A model generated the notes under the pieces. That model saw only the letters and a program-made list of their open reading frames with translations. It ran no database searches and was not told the DNA's origin. Shown here one piece after another: positions 25,201-39,600 of a stretch of 64,000 nucleotides of DNA. The stretch spans positions 1,612,001 through 1,676,000 of the forward strand of contig JASTWF010000048.1 of NCBI GenBank assembly GCA_030390025.1, read 5' to 3'. Origin of the DNA: Squalus acanthias (taxonomy: Eukaryota). The position numbers were made by a program, and so were the translations under genes. Within the stretch, counting starts at the first letter, position 1; every line of letters starts with the position of its first letter.

Positions 25201-25861
25201 AATTCTTATGTTATTAAGTTCAACGTGAGTAAATTGAGTTAAGATACAGATCAGCCAAGATCTGGTTCAACGGCGGAGGGGCTCCAGGTGGCTGAATCTC
25301 CGTCTTCTGTTCCTGTTCAACAATGTTACAGGCACTGGTGGGTTTCATGGTCTTATAGCGCCCTCTATTGTCGCTTTGGAGAAATGAAGCACATTGCACG
25401 TGTACGAAGACCACAAGAATCTTTGTACTTTCTTTCTTTTTTCTTTCCTTCATTCTGTCATTTATTCTTTCATACTGTCTTTTTATCTCCATTCTTTCTT
25501 ATTTGCGTTTGATAATTTTATTTGTTTTCGTCAGAACAAGTTTGACCCTTGCACTCTGCGAACTGAATATTCTCAACACTTAAGCTTAGGATGGTTTGAT
25601 GTTGTAACCGATCACCTTCAAATCATTTCTCTATCATGCACTTATTTACCTTCCCCTTAACTGCATCTAAGATATTCGACTCAAACACTCCGTGTGGTAC
25701 CCAATCTCTGGTTAAAGAAATTTTTTCCTGAATTCCCGACTGGATTTATTAGTGACAAGCTTATATTTATGGACCCTGGTTTTGGTCTCACACACAAGTG
25801 GAAGAGGAAAAGTAGGGGCCATAAATATAACTACATATACAATCTGAAACATCTTCATAAT

Positions 25862-26570
25862 TTTACCATCGCCGAATCCCCCACCAACAATATCCTGGGG
25901 GTCACCATTGACCAGAAACTTAAATGCACCTGCCATATAAATACTGCGGCAACAAGAGCAGGTCAGAGGCTGGGTATTCTGCAGCGAGTGTCTCACATCC
26001 TGACTCCGCAAAGCCTTTCCACCATCTACAAGGCACAAATGAGGAGTGTGATGTAATACTCTCCACTTGCCTGGATGAGTGCAGCTCCAACAACACTCAA
26101 GAAGCTCGACACCATTCAGGGCAAAGCAGCCCGTTTGACTGGCACCCCATCCACCACCTTAAACATTTACTTCGTCCACCACCGGCGCACCGTGGCTGCA
26201 GTGTGTACCATCTACAAGATGCACTGCAGCAACTCGCCAAGGCTTCTTCGGCAGCACCACCCAAACCCGCGACCTCTTCCACCTAGAAGTACAAGGGCAA
26301 TAGGCGCATGGGAACACCGACACCTCCAAGTTCCGCTCCAAGTCACACACCATCCTGACTTTGAAATATATTGCCGTTCGTACATCGTCGCTGGGTCAAA
26401 ATCCTTGGAAATCCCTCCCGAACAGCACTGTGGGAGCACCTTCACCACACGGACTGCTGCGGTTCAAGAAGGCGGCACACCAGCACCTTCTAAACGGCAA
26501 GTAGGAATGGGCAATAAATGCTGGCCGTGCCAGCGACGCCCACATCCCATAAACGAATAAATAAATAAAC
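25862..26570 (+). mobile_element. LINE (CR1/L2 group, second family) 3' fragment
   Basis: ILGVTIDQKL..HIN...LGILQR..IYKAQ RT C-terminus; AATAAATAAAT tail. Confidence 0.8.
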
Positions 26571-26868
26571 GCTCTGAAATCGCTTCATAATTTTAAAGAC
26601 CTCTATCAGGTCAGTTCTTGAACTTCGCTTTTCTAGAGAAAGTATTCTCAGCCTTTTCAGCATTTCGTGATAGTTATATCCTCTCAGTTCTGGTATCTTT
26701 CTTGTTAATCTTTATTTGCAAATTCTCCAGTGCCTCTATATCTAATCTCTCACTTTAACTCTAAACGTCTCCACTTCTTGTCAAAAGCACGTTCGCTTTG
26801 CAAAATAAGCCCAACAGCACACAGCACCGCGTTATTTCATCATCACAGGTGTTTCCTGCCGCCTTTGG

Positions 26869-26907
26869 GGTTTTTGTTCAGCTCCTCCATCTCTCTGAGT
26901 CACTGTG
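26869..26907 (-). promoter_or_regulatory. 23-RSS of V9
   Basis: CACAGTG-23-ACAAAAACC (consensus). Confidence 0.93.
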
Positions 26908-27504
26908 AAGACTCCAGGCGCAGTAATATTCGGCCGAGTGATTCGCCTGCAGGCTGAAGGACTTCAGGTTAAACTCGATGGCATTCGGTCGCTCGGCGGC
27001 AAAACCGTCCACCGTCCCCTCTGGATCCACCCAATTGGTACCAAAGGAGTAAAACATCAACTGCGGCTCCTTCCCCGGGTATTGTCTGTACCAGGACATG
27101 CGATCGCTACTGTCCCCCTCCGCATCGCACTTCAGTTCCACTCCATCCTCGGGAAATCTGGAGACAGCGGCGGGAGTCTGGCGGATAGTTTTCGAGTTCA
27201 CGTCTGGGAAAGAGACAGGGAGAGAGGAGGAGGTCAGTAAAGTGGTACAGTCGGGGAAATGCAGCAGGAAAGAAAGGAAGGTATGGACACAGAGCAAGAT
27301 GGAGATAAAGGAAGAAGGAAAGAAAGAAAGAGAGAAAGAAAGAAAGAAGCAATGAAAGAAAGAAAGATAGAGAGAAAAAAAAGAAGGAATGAAAGAAAGC
27401 AATAAAGCAAAAAGAAAGAGTAAAGGAAGGTTAGTAACAATAATTGTTGCTTTTAAATCGCCCTTACGGTGAAACAAGATCATCAGACACAATAACAGAT
27501 ACAT
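26908..27504 (-). CDS. TRBV: V9 (family B); leader 27468-27504, V exon 26908-27203; intact
   Basis: MYLLLCLMILFH + VNSKTIRQ...KCDAEG...WYRQ...EYYCAWSL. Confidence 0.87.
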
Positions 27505-27619
27505 CTTTTCTTTTAAGCTGTCGTCTCAATAACTTCAGGATCGAGAACAGGAGCGTTGTGTGTTGTGATGAACCAATCCCCGCTTCTGAAATCATTGAGA
27601 AAAACATGAAGAGCATAAG

Positions 27620-27830
27620 CAAGTGATGCAGGTTTGAACAACCCCGCCCCTTCCTCTCTTATTGGCAGCCCCACCCCTCCCTTTCTGATTGGGAGCCACG
27701 CCCCTCCCTCTTTGATTGACAGCCCCGCCCCTCTCACTCTTATTGACAGACTCGCCATTCCCTCTCTGATTGGGAGCCACGCCCCTCCCTCTTTGATTGA
27801 CAGCCCCGCCCCTCCATCTCTGAGAGGCAG
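27620..27830. promoter_or_regulatory. Tandem 27-30-bp TGATTG(A/G)CAG + GC-box promoter repeat of V9
   Basis: About six units of CTCTGATTGRCAGCCCCGCCCCTCC starting about 120 bp upstream of the ATG; shorter arrays at other family A/B promoters. Confidence 0.7.
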
Positions 27831-30514
27831 TGTGTCGAGGAGATGGGAGATGGAAGTTACAAAGGACCACTGACAAATTACGTGAATGAGCAAAGCAGTG
27901 GCACTGGTAGATGGAGTTTAGTCTGAGCAAGCGTGAGATCATCCCCTGTGCACCTAAGAATGATAGATCGGAATATTTTCCATGTGGGGATCAGCTAGGA
28001 ACAGTGGAAGCCGAATGGAATACTGGCTTTTATCACAAAGGGGGCAGGAAGGTATCTTTCAGTTGTATAACGCTCCGGTCAGACTCTGTCTGGAGAACTG
28101 CGTGCACTTCTGGACTTCTGGACAATGCATATCAGGAAGGAAATATTAGCCTTGAAGTGGGTGTAGGCATATTCACCAGAATGATTGGAGCAAAAAATCT
28201 TAAATTATGAGAACAGGTTGTATAAACTTGGGTTTATTCCCTTAAGTATAGAAGATTAAGAGATGATCTTATTGAGGTGTTTGATAATGTTAAAAAAATT
28301 CGAGAGTATAGTTTGAGAGCAACTATTCCCTCAGGTGAGGGAAGTCCAGAACAAGGGGGCATAACCTCAAAATTAGAGCTAGGCCGTTCAGCTTACATGT
28401 CTGGAAGCAGTTATCACACAAAGGGTAGTGGAAACCTGGAATTCTCTCTCCCAGTTGACTGCTGAGGCTAGGGATTAACAGGAGATTTCAATACTTAGAT
28501 AGACAGATTATTGTTTAGTAAGGTTATCAAGTATTACGGAACCAACAGTAGGAATTAGCGGGTCATCTTCGGGTTGGCAGGCGATAACTAGTGGGCAACC
28601 ACAAGGATCAGTGATTGGGCCTCCTCTATTTACATTCTAAATCAATGACTTAAGTGAGGGGGCCCAGTGTAATGTATCCAAGTTTGCTGACGATACAAAG
28701 CTAGGTGGCAAAGTAACGTGTGAGGAGGACGCAAAGTGACTGCAAAGGGATACAGAGAGGCATAATAAGTGGGCAAGATCATGGAAGATGGAACATAATG
28801 TGGAGTTAACCACTTTGGTCGGAAAAAAATAAAAACAGAGTACTTTTTTATATGGTGAGAGATTGAGAAATGTGGATATTCATAGGGACCTGGCTGTCCT
28901 TGTACGCGAATCACAGAAAGTTAACAAGCAGGTACAGCAAGCCATTATGAAAGCAAATGGTACGTTTGCCTTTATTAGAAGAGGATTTGATTATAAGGGT
29001 AAAGAAGTCCTACTGCAATTATATAGGCCCATGGTGAGACCACACCTGGATTCCTGTTTACATTTTCCCTCTCCTTACCTAAGGAAGGATATACTTGCAT
29101 TAGAGCGAGAGCCAACGAAGGCTCACTAGACTGATTCCTGGGATGAGGGGTTATCGTATGAGGAGAGATTGAGTAGACTCGGCCTATATTTCCTAGAATT
29201 TAGAAGAATGAGGGCTGATCTCATTGAAACCTGGCTGGGTACTCTATAACTAGGGGTCACAGTCTCAGGATGTGTTCTTCAATTTAGGACTCAGATGAGG
29301 AGATATTTGAAAGGGTTGTGAATCTTTGGAATTCACCCTCCTAGAGTGTTGTGGATAATCAGTCGTTGAGTATAATCGAGAAAGATCGATAGATGTGTTG
29401 ATACTAAGAGAATCAAGGGATATGGAGATAGGGCGGGATATGGAGTTGAGGTAGAAGATCAGCCATGATATTATTGAATGGAGGAGCAGGCTCGAAGGGC
29501 TGAATGGCCGAAACATTTTACTATTTCTTCTGCTCATATGTTCAACGTGGATAAATTAAGATACAGATCAGCCATGATCTGGTTGAACAGCGGAGTGTCT
29601 CGATGTGGCTGAATGTCCGCCTTCTGTCCCTATTAAACCATGTTACAGGCGCTGGTGGGTTTCTTGGTCAAAGAGCGCCCTCTATTGTCCATGTGGAGAA
29701 AGAAAGAACATTGCGAGTGTGTTTGAACCCAAGAATCTTTGTACTTTCTTTCTTTCTTTCTTGCTTGTTTTCTTTATTTATTGCCTTCTTTCTGTCATTC
29801 ATTCCTTCATTCTGTCTTGCCTTCTCTCTTTCTATCTTATTTGAATTTCACATTTTTATTTGTTTTGGTCAGAACCAGTTTTACCCACGAAAACCTTGTC
29901 CTCTGCTAACTGAATGTGCTCATCAACATCACCTTCTCTTCCTTTCTCTCTCACGCGATTATCTAGCTTCCCCTTAACTGCATCAATGGTATTCGCCTCA
30001 GCCACTCTCTGTGGTCGTGAGTTCCGTATTCTCTCCACTGTCTGTGTAAAGAAATTTCTCCTGAATTCCCTACTGGATTTATTAGTGACTAACTAATATT
30101 TATGGCCCTTAGTTTCGGTCTTCCCCACAAGTGGTAGGCCAAAAATCAGGGCCTTAAATATAACTAAATGTAAACTGTGAAACCCCTTCATAATTTTCTA
30201 AACCTCTATCAAGTCATTTCTTTGTTTTCCCATTTTCTAGAGAAAGGAGCCCCAGCCGGTTCAGTCTTTCCTGACATATATAACCTCTCAATTCTGGTGT
30301 CAATCCTTGTTAATCTTTCTTTGCACCATCTCCAGTGCGTCTACAGCTAATCTCTCACTTTAAATCTAACGCCTCTCATCTTCCTGTCAGAAGCACGTTC
30401 GCTCTGTAAAATAAACCCAACAAGACGCAGCACCGCGCGGCTTTATCATCAACAGGTGTTTCCTGCCGCCTTCGGGGTTTTTGTTGAGCTCCTCCATCTC
30501 TCTGATTCACCGCG

Positions 30515-31027
30515 AAGACGCCAGGTGCAGTAATACACGGCCAAGTGATTCGCTCGCAGGCTGGAGGACTTCAGGTTGAACTCGTTGACATTCGGTCGCT
30601 CGTCGGTAAAATTGTACACCGTCCCGTCCGGATTCACGTGATTGGAAACCGTGGAGTAAAACATCAACTGCCGCTCCTTCCACGGGTATTGTCTGTACCA
30701 GTAAATAGTAAGGGTACTGGTGCCCCTCACATCGCACTTCAGTTCCACTCCATCCCCGGGAAATCTGGAGACAGCGGCGGGAGTCTGGCTTTGTCTGCGA
30801 GCTCACGTCTGGGAAAGAGACAGGGAGAGAGGAGGAGGTCAATAAACAGGGCCATTCGGGGAAATGCAGCAGGAAAGAAAGGAAGTATGGAAAGTAAGAA
30901 ATCAAGAAAGAATGAAAGAAAGAAAAAAGATAGATAGAAAACTTAAAGAAATTAAATTAATAAGAATTTATTTTTGAAATATTTCCTTACAGTGAAACAA
31001 GATCATTAGCCCCAGTAACAGATACAT
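30515..31027 (-). pseudogene. V10 (family B) pseudogene; leader 30991-31027, V exon 30515-30808
   Basis: 2-bp deletion near exon start (294 vs 296 bp); heptamer mutated to CGCGGTG (30508-30514); nonamer 30476-30484 intact. Confidence 0.85.
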
Positions 31028-32946
31028 CTTTTACTGGAAGCTTCTGTCTTAATAATGAAAGGAGCGAGAACAGGAGAGTTGTGTCTTGTGAGGATCCAAC
31101 CCGTTCTTTTCAAATCATTGAGCAAAACATGAGGAGCATAAGGAAGTCACGGAGGTTTGGACAGCCCCGCACCTCCCTCTCTGATTGACAGTCCCGCCCT
31201 TCCCTCTCTGATTGGCAGCCCAGCTACTCCCTCTCCGATTGGCAGTAATTAGACCAGACGGGAGATGAATGTTGCAATGGGGACACAGGCGGATTAAATG
31301 AACGAGCAAAACCGAGGTAGGGGGAGCTTAATGTGGGCAAGTGTGAGATGATCCACCGGCAACCTAAGAAAGAGAGATCAGAAAATGTGCTAAATGGTGA
31401 AATGCTAGGAACTGTGGAGGTACAAAGTGATTTAGGCCTCAAGCTACACAAATCGGTCTAGGCCAGTAGACAGATAAAAAAATCAAAAAGGCTACTGGAA
31501 TGTTGGCCTTTTTATGTATGGTGCTGGAATACAGAAGTGAGAAAGATATGCTTCAGTTGTACAGAGTCCTGGTCAGACTACATCTGCAACAGGACGTTGA
31601 GTTCTGGGCAACACACTTCAGGAAGGATATATTGGCCTTGGAGGGAGTGCAATGCAGATTCACCAGAAAGATACCGGGGCCGAGAGGGTTAATTTAAGAG
31701 GACAGACTACATGGAGTAGGCTCGTATTCCATTGAGTATAAAAGATTGAGCAGTGATCCTACTGAGGTGTTTTAAATGTTAAAAGTATTCGAGACTGATA
31801 GAGAGAAGGTATTCCCTCTGGTGAGGGGCAGTCCAGAACTGGGGACCATCAGCTGAGCATTAAAGCGAGGCCGATCAAGGGTCATATCTGGAGGCACCTC
31901 TTGACACAAACGAAAATGAAAATCTGCAATTCTCTCGCACAAAGTGCTGTTGAGGCCAGAGTTCAACTGGAGATTTCAAAATTGGATTTTTGTTGGATAA
32001 GGGTATCTAGGGTGAGAGAACAATGTGGATAAATGAGGTTGATGGACAATTGGAGCTTTCAAGACTGGGATTGATAGATATGTGTTGTGTAAGTGTATCG
32101 AGGTCCATGGAGCAAATGCGGTTCGATAGAATGAAGATACAGATCAATCATGATCGCATTGGCTGGCTCAGCAGTCTCGAGGTCTGAATGGCCTCCTCGT
32201 GTTGCTATGTAGTAGTCTCGAGGGCTGAATGGCCTCCTCTTGTTGCTATGTAACTGGCTCGACCGGCTGAATGCCCTCCTCCTGTTCCTGTGTAACAGGC
32301 TCGTGTGGCTGAATGAGCCTACTACTGTACCTGTGTACACGGTCCCAAGGGGGGCTTAATCGCCTTCTTCTGTTCCACTGTAACAGGATGAACGGGACTG
32401 AATGACCTCCTCCTATTCCATATTAAACCATATTACAAGCAACTGTGTGTTTCATGATCCTAGAGCGCCCCCTTTAGTCTCTGCAAAGAAAGAAAACACA
32501 GTGTCAGTGTGTAAAAGCTCGGCAGTCTATTTACATCCTTTCTTTCTTTCTATCTTCCTTTCTATCTTTCTTTCCCTGTATCTTACATTTTTTTCTTCCC
32601 TTCTATCTTCCTTCCTTTCTGTCTTTCTTCTTTCTTTCATCTTTCTTATTTTCTGTCTTTCTTTCTTTCCATCATCCTTTCTTTTCTGCATTGTTTCATT
32701 CTTTCTATCATTCTTTCTTTCTATCTTCCTTTTTTTCTTCCACTTTTCTTTCGTTCTATCGTTCTTCACTACATCTAACTTCATCTTTCTTTGCAACTTT
32801 TCAAGCGCCTTTTTTGTCTTTTTCTCAGTTTTATTCTAACCCGTCACTTGATCTTGTCAAAAGCACGTTCGCTCTGCACAAGAGTAAATCAACAGGTCTC
32901 AGCGCAGCGCGGTTTTATCTCAAACAGGTGTTTCTTGCCGCTTTGG

Positions 32947-32985
32947 GGTTTTTGTTGAGCTCCTCCATCTCTCTGAGTCACTGTG
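32947..32985 (-). promoter_or_regulatory. 23-RSS of V11
   Basis: CACAGTG-23-ACAAAAACC. Confidence 0.93.
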
Positions 32986-33486
32986 AAGACTCCAGGCGCA
33001 GTAATACACGGCCGAGTGATTCGCCCGCAGGCTGGAGGACTTCAGGTTGAACTCGTTGCCATTCGGTCGCTCGGCGGTAAAACCGTCCACCGTCCCCTCT
33101 GGATTCACGCTTTGTACAACTGAGGAGTAAAACATCAACTGCGGCCCCTTCCCCGGGTCCTGTCTGTACCACGACATGGTACCGCTATTGGCGCCCTCCA
33201 CGGCGCACTTTACTTCGACTCCCTCCCCAGCAAATTTGGAGACAGTGGCTGAAATCTGGCGGATAGTCTGCGAGTTCACATCTGACAAAGAGACAGTGAG
33301 AGGAGGATGACAGTAATCAGAGGCAATCTGGGTTCTGGGGAAAGAAATAAGTAAAGAACGAAAGAGAGATTGAAGGAAATAACGAAGAAAAGAAAGAAAT
33401 AGTAAAGAAAGGTTATTAATAAAGATTATTGTGTGTAAAAATCACTTACATTGAAATAGGATTATGAAACTCAGTAACAGATACAT
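32986..33486 (-). CDS. TRBV: V11 (family B); leader 33450-33486, V exon 32986-33281; intact
   Basis: MYLLLSFIILFQ + VNSQTIRQ...KCAVEG...WYRQ...YYCAWSL. Confidence 0.88.
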
Positions 33487-33954
33487 CTTTAACTTGAAGA
33501 TTTACTTTTAAAAATAAAATCAGCGAAAACAAGTGCGTTGAGTCTTGTGAGGATCCAACCCGCTCTTTTCAAATCATTGAGGAAACCATGAGCAGCGGAA
33601 GGAAGTGACGCATGCCCCTCGCTCTCTGATTGACAGCACAACTCCTTCACTCCCAGGCTGGGTCACAGACACGCCCCTCCTACGCTGATTGACAGACCCG
33701 CCCCTCACTCTCTGAGCAGATGGGAGCAGGAAGTTGCAAAGGTGACCTAAACAGATTATGTGAATGGGAAGGAAACAGCGGCAGGCAGAGTTTAACGTGG
33801 GCAAGTATCAGGTCAGCCACGGTGGTCCTAAGGAAGAAAGATCAGAGTATTTTGAACCTGGTGAGAAGATAGGAACTGTGAAGCAGCAAAGGCAATTGGT
33901 TCTTTAGGTACACAAATCACTAAAAGCCAGGAGACAGGTGCAAAAAGAAAGCTT

Positions 33955-34245
33955 TGCATTTAAGAAAGACTTGTATTGATATGGCGCCTTTCACGACCAC
34001 CGGCCGTCTCAACGTAATTTACAGCCAATGAAGTACTTTTGAAGTGGAGTCATTGTTGCAATGTGAGAAACGCGGCAGCCAATTTGCGCACAGCAAGCTC
34101 CCACAAGCAGTAATGTGATAATGACCAGATGACCTGTTTATGTTATGTTTGTTGAGGGATAAATGTTGGCCAGGACACCGGGATAACTCCCCCTACTCTT
34201 CGTCGTAATAGTGCGCCGGGATCTTTTACGGCCACATGAGAGCAT
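33955..34245 (-). mobile_element. Partial Deu-domain SINE nested in a CR1 fragment
   Basis: AAAGTACTTCATTGGCTGTAAA...GTGAAAGGCGCCATAT...AAGTCTTTCTT 3' end on - strand. Confidence 0.7.
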
Positions 34246-35691
34246 ACGCGAAATACAAAAGTGAGGAAGTTATGCTTCAGTTGTACAGAGCCCCGGTCAG
34301 ACTCTGGAACACTACGTTCAGTTCTGGGCACCGCACCTCTGAAAGGATACATTGACCTTGGAAGGAGAGCAACAAAGATTCACAAGAACGATACCGGGGC
34401 TTAGAAGGTTAAATTATGGGGGCAGGTTTCAAGACCAGCCTTGATTTCCTTGAGGGGTGAACTGATTTCGCTTTTTTTAATGTTGAAAGGAGATTATAGG
34501 ATAGAGAGATGGAGACTGATTCCTCTGGTGGGGGAGTCCAGAACAACGAGGCATAACCTTAAAATTAGTGCTAGGGTTTCAGGGGTGAGATTAGGAAGCA
34601 CGTCTTCATATAAAGGGTACTGGAAATCTTAACACTCTCCCACGAAAGGCTGTGGATGCTGGGGGCCAATCGATGATTTGAAGACTGATATTGATGGATT
34701 TCAGTCGGGTAAGGGTGTGGCGGAATTAGGAGTAAAGGCAGCTAGATGGAGTTAAGGAAGAGATCAAATATAATCTAGTTGAGTGGCGGAACGGGCTCGA
34801 AGGGCTGTATGGTCTCCTCCTGTTCCTTATTTCCTATTAAACCGTGTTCCAGTCACTGGTGTGTTTCGTGATCCTAGAGCGCCCCCTGCAGCACGTGTGG
34901 AGAAAGAACATGCAAAATCAGTGACAAAAACCCACGTCTACTTATTTGCGCTCTTTATCTCCTGATCTTTTTCTTTCATTCTATTGTCTTTCTTTCTCTA
35001 TCCCTTTCTTTTATTTTTTCGATCATTACTTCGTTCTTTCTTTCCATCTTTCTTTCAGTTCTTCATTAATTCTTGCTGACTGAATGTGCTCAACTCTTCA
35101 CCACAGGATGGGTTGATGTTGTAACTTATCTCTAATTTATGAACTCTAGTTTTGCTCTTACAAACAACAACAACAACTTGTAATTACATAGCACCTCTCT
35201 CTGTCTCTCTGTCTGTCTCTGTCTCTGTCTCTCCCTCTGTCTCATCCTCTCTCTCTATCTGTCTCCCTCACTCACTCTCAATCTCTCTTACTCTCACTCT
35301 TTTAAAACAAACTGCATTGAAAGGTAAACGTGCGCTGACCAGAACTGATCTCCAGACACAGACAGTGGAGCAGGAGTGAGAGATACGCGGTCCCACAGCC
35401 CCGCACTGCGATCACCGTCCGCTCCTCCTGATCCTTCAACAAATGCACGGATTGGTTACTTGTTGCAGGGCGGGGATGACGTTTCATTTCAGACGACAAC
35501 CCTCACCATCTGGTCCCCCAATCATTTAATGCGCGGACGGGAGAGGAGGGAATAGGGGATGCAACGGGTGGGAGAGGAAGGATGAGGGGAGTAGGGAGGA
35601 GAGGAGGGGAAGGAGTGAAGGAGATAGCAAGCACTGAACTTCCATCTAGTGCTGAGGAAATAATGCAATGAACGCCACTTCATCCGCTGCA

Positions 35692-35730
35692 GGTTTTTGT
35701 CGCGGGGGAGCCGCTTTCTCAAACGCTGTG
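35692..35730 (-). promoter_or_regulatory. 23-RSS of V12
   Basis: CACAGCG-23-ACAAAAACC. Confidence 0.92.
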
Positions 35731-36652
35731 CGGTACTACAAGCACAGTAATAGACAGCGGTGTGAGACGGAGACGCGGCGCTCAGTTCCAAAGTAAACAG
35801 CGTATTGCTGCTTCTTTCGGCTTTAAAAGACTCGGACGTGTAGTTCGTAACATCATCTGCTCTAGCAGAATAGAAAAGAGCTTCTAATGCCCGGTCGGGT
35901 TGTTGTCTGTACCAGTACATTCTTGGATAGCCAGTTTTCTTCAGCGTGCATCTGAGCGTGGTCGACACTCCTGCTCCAATCGATAGGATAGAAGGCGAAT
36001 GCACCACGTACGAGGCGAGTATTCCTGTCGAATGCAACATCGATTAGTTTCTTATTTTTGTCAATAATTGACTAGAGCGCGGATTACAGATAAAAAGTTC
36101 TTCCATTCATAAAGCGACATTCACGAGCTCAGAAAGTCACAAAGCTCTTTACAACCAATGAAGTACTGATTAAAGTGTAGTCATCGTTGTAATGTAGGAA
36201 AGGAGACAGCCAATTTGAGCACAGGAAGCTCCCACAAACTGCATTGAAATAAATGAATAGTCCATCTGTATTTTTGGTGTTTGTTGTGGGATTAATTTTG
36301 GCCCAGAAACCGGCGACAACTTCGCTGCTCTTCTTCCAATAGTGCCATGGGATCATTTACGTCCGTCTGAGAGGGCAGCTCAGTTTAACGCCTTACCTGA
36401 AAGATGGCACCTCCGATAGTGCAGCACTCCCTTAGTGCTGGTCTCGGGAGTGCCAGCATAGATTTTCTGCTCAAGTCTCAGGACTAAGACACGAACCCAA
36501 AACCTCTGATTCCGAGGCAAGGTTTCTACCAGCTGAACAAGAGCTGACATTATGATACATTATTCTACAAAGACCACTGCATAAGTTTGTTACTTAGACT
36601 TACGTGGGATCAGTGCCACCATCAACGTTAGATAATGAGCTTCATGAAACAT
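35731..36652 (-). CDS. TRBV: V12 (family C); leader 36604-36652, V exon 35731-36024; intact
   Basis: MFHEAHYLTLMVALIP + RILASYVVHSP...WYRQ...YYCACST. Confidence 0.86.
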
Positions 36653-39600
36653 GATTTATTCATTCGACACTGGCTCGCAGTGTGATCGGGTGTCGCTCAA
36701 TAACACGTTTAAAGGCAGTTTCTCTGTTGGATCTGATTAAACACGGCGCATCCGGTTGTAGTGCTCACTCTTACGTCACTTCCTGCGTCGCCCACGCTCC
36801 ATCCCATTCCTTCGGTAGTTCAGCAAATTCACAGAACCGTACAGCACAGAGGTTAAGGAGAGAAATAATAGAGATATTCAAAATTAAGAAGGGTTTTGAT
36901 AGACTTGATAGGGAGAAACGATATCGACTGGCAGGAGGGTCGTTAACCAGAGGGCACAGATTTAAGATAATGGGCAAAAGAACCAGCGGGGAGATGAGGA
37001 AACAGAAATGTTATTACACAGAAAGTTTTCATGATCTGGAATGCATTGCCTGAACGGGCAGTGGAAACAGATTCAACAATAACTTTCAAAAGGAAATTGG
37101 ATATCAACTTGAAAAAGAAAGAGAACACAGGTCTATGGGGAATGAGCAGGATAGCCGGACTAAATTGATAGGAGCGACCAAAACTAAGGATCACAAATAT
37201 AAGACAAACACTAATAAATCTAACAGAGAATTCAGGAGTAATATCTTTACCAAAGTGTGCTGCGAATGTAGAACTTGATACCATATGGAGTGGTTAACGG
37301 AAATAGCATAAATGCATTGAAGCGGAATTTAGGTAAGTATGTGAGGGAGGAAGGAATAGAAGGATAGGATGATGAGGTGGTCGATTGGGGTGGGATGAAA
37401 CCCGAGGGGGTCTCGTTGGGTAGATCTTTCAAAGAGACGGCACAGGCTCGAAGGGCCGAATGGCCTCCTTCTGTGCATGTACTATATTATGCTTCTAAAA
37501 GACACGCAACATTGTTGGGACAAAGTGCTTTCCTGTTTCAGGCAGTATTTCAGTTCCTGTGTGCTGAACGAGAATTCAAGGGTTAAATTTTTTACTGGGT
37601 TGAATTCGCAGAATCAGTGAGGAAGACATCAAAAGGCCCCTAGAGCCTGATAGAGAAGCGGCTAAACGGTTGTGAACAGATGCTGAAACCGCCGTCATGA
37701 GGCAGGTGTCCCGGTGACAAACGTATCTGGAGGCGCATCTCGACTTTGCACAGTGTAAAAGTTGGGTGACACGTTTAAGGGTTCTAAGATTAACAATGTC
37801 CTATTGGTATGAGCTAGTTCAACTTAGAGCAGAGAAGGTTAAGATAAGAATTGATAGAGGTGTTCAAAATCATTAAGGTTTTGATAGACTAATTAAGGGG
37901 AAATTGTTTCCAGTGGCCGCAGGTTCGGTAACCAGAGGAGTTGATTGACAGAAGAACCAGAGGGGGAGAGGAGGAGAATGTGCTTACTCTGCGAGTTTTC
38001 TGATCTGGAATGCACCGTCTGAAAGGGCGGTGGAAGAAGTTTCAATAGTAACTTACAAAAGTGAATTGGATAAAATCTTGAGGGGAACATTTACAGAGCT
38101 ATGGGGAAAGAGAAGGGGAGTGGGACTAATCGGACAGCTCTTTCAAAGAGCCAGCACAGGCAGAATGGACCGAATGGACTCCATCTGTGCTCCATCTGTG
38201 GTGAATCATTCTAAGGTTCTATGATAATCAGCGCATCTCTGGTCACTACCGCAATCCGACAAATTGGGGAGGTATCTGTACCCCCACTGCTGAGGTGATC
38301 CTGGGAATTATTCAGAGGAATAATCGGGAGGTACGCATGACTCCTTCCCATATTCCTCCGTTCGCTCTTTCAACTCTGGTATTAACCCATTGAACCCTCC
38401 GCCTCATCTACTTCTTATAATGTAGAGACTATCTTAAAGAAAAGGACATCCAAACCAGCAGTAGAGCATTTTTAATGAATAATAACAAATTGAATTCATC
38501 GANNNNNNNNNNNNNNNNNNNNNNNNNNNNNNNNNNNNNNNNNNNNNNNNNNNNNNNNNNNNNNNNNNNNNNNNNNNNNNNNNNNNNNNNNNNNNNNNNN
38601 NNNNNNNNNNNNNNNNNNNNNNNNNNNNNNNNNNNNNNNNNNNNNNNNNNNNNNNNNNNNNNNNNNNNNNNNNNNNNNNNNNNNNNNNNNNNNNNNNNNN
38701 NNNNNNNNNNNNNNNNNNNNNNNNNNNNNNNNNNNNNNNNNNNNNNNNNNNNNNNNNNNNNNNNNNNNNNNNNNNNNNNNNNNNNNNNNNNNNNNNNNNN
38801 TGTAGGGCTTAGATGGTTAAATTAAGAGGGCAGGCTGAGGATCAATTGGAACATTCAAGACTGAGATTGATAAATATTTGTTGGGTAAGGGTATCGAGAA
38901 ATATGGAGCTAAGTTGATTAGATGAAATTGAGACAAACATCAGCCATGATCTCATTGAATGGCAGGTCAGTCTCGAGGGGCTCAATGGCCTGCTCTTCTT
39001 CCTAGGTAACAGGCTCGAATATTTAGCCGGCCTTCTCCTGTAGCTGTGTAACAGGTTCGACTGCCATATTGCCAGATTGCCACTTCCTGCTCCTATGTAA
39101 CAGGCTAGAGGAATGAACGCTTCCTGTTCCTGCGTAACAGGTGCAAGGGGATTGAAAGATTTGTCTTAATCCTGTCTTCTGAGCAATACATATTCAATCA
39201 ACTGAATGATTCGTGGTCCCAGAGCGCCCTCTGCTGTCCCCGTGGAGACCGAAAACACTGTGTTCAGTGTGTAAAATCCACCAGTCTTATTATTTTAGTT
39301 CCTTCTTTATATTTTTCTCTCCTTCTTTCTGCCATTCCTTCAGTCTTTCTTTCATTCTCTCTTCGTTTCCTTCCTTGTTTTCTTTCTTGATATCTAATAC
39401 TTATTTTCTCTATATCTACCTTTCATTCCATCTTTCTCCAGTCCATCTAACTTAATCTTACTTTGCACCTTTTCCGTGGCCTTTATATCCATTGGTCAAA
39501 GAGATAGGTTTTAAAGAGCGTTTTGAAGGAATAAAGAGAGGTAGCGAGCCTGACAGGTTTAGGGGGGAAATGCAGAGTTTAGGGCCGAGGCAACAGAAGG

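Noticed and set aside
26878-27504. Single-exon 208-aa reading of V9 (likewise the read-through ORFs of V13 and V18)
   Set aside because: Chance read-through of a pyrimidine-rich intron; canonical GT-AG sites define two exons
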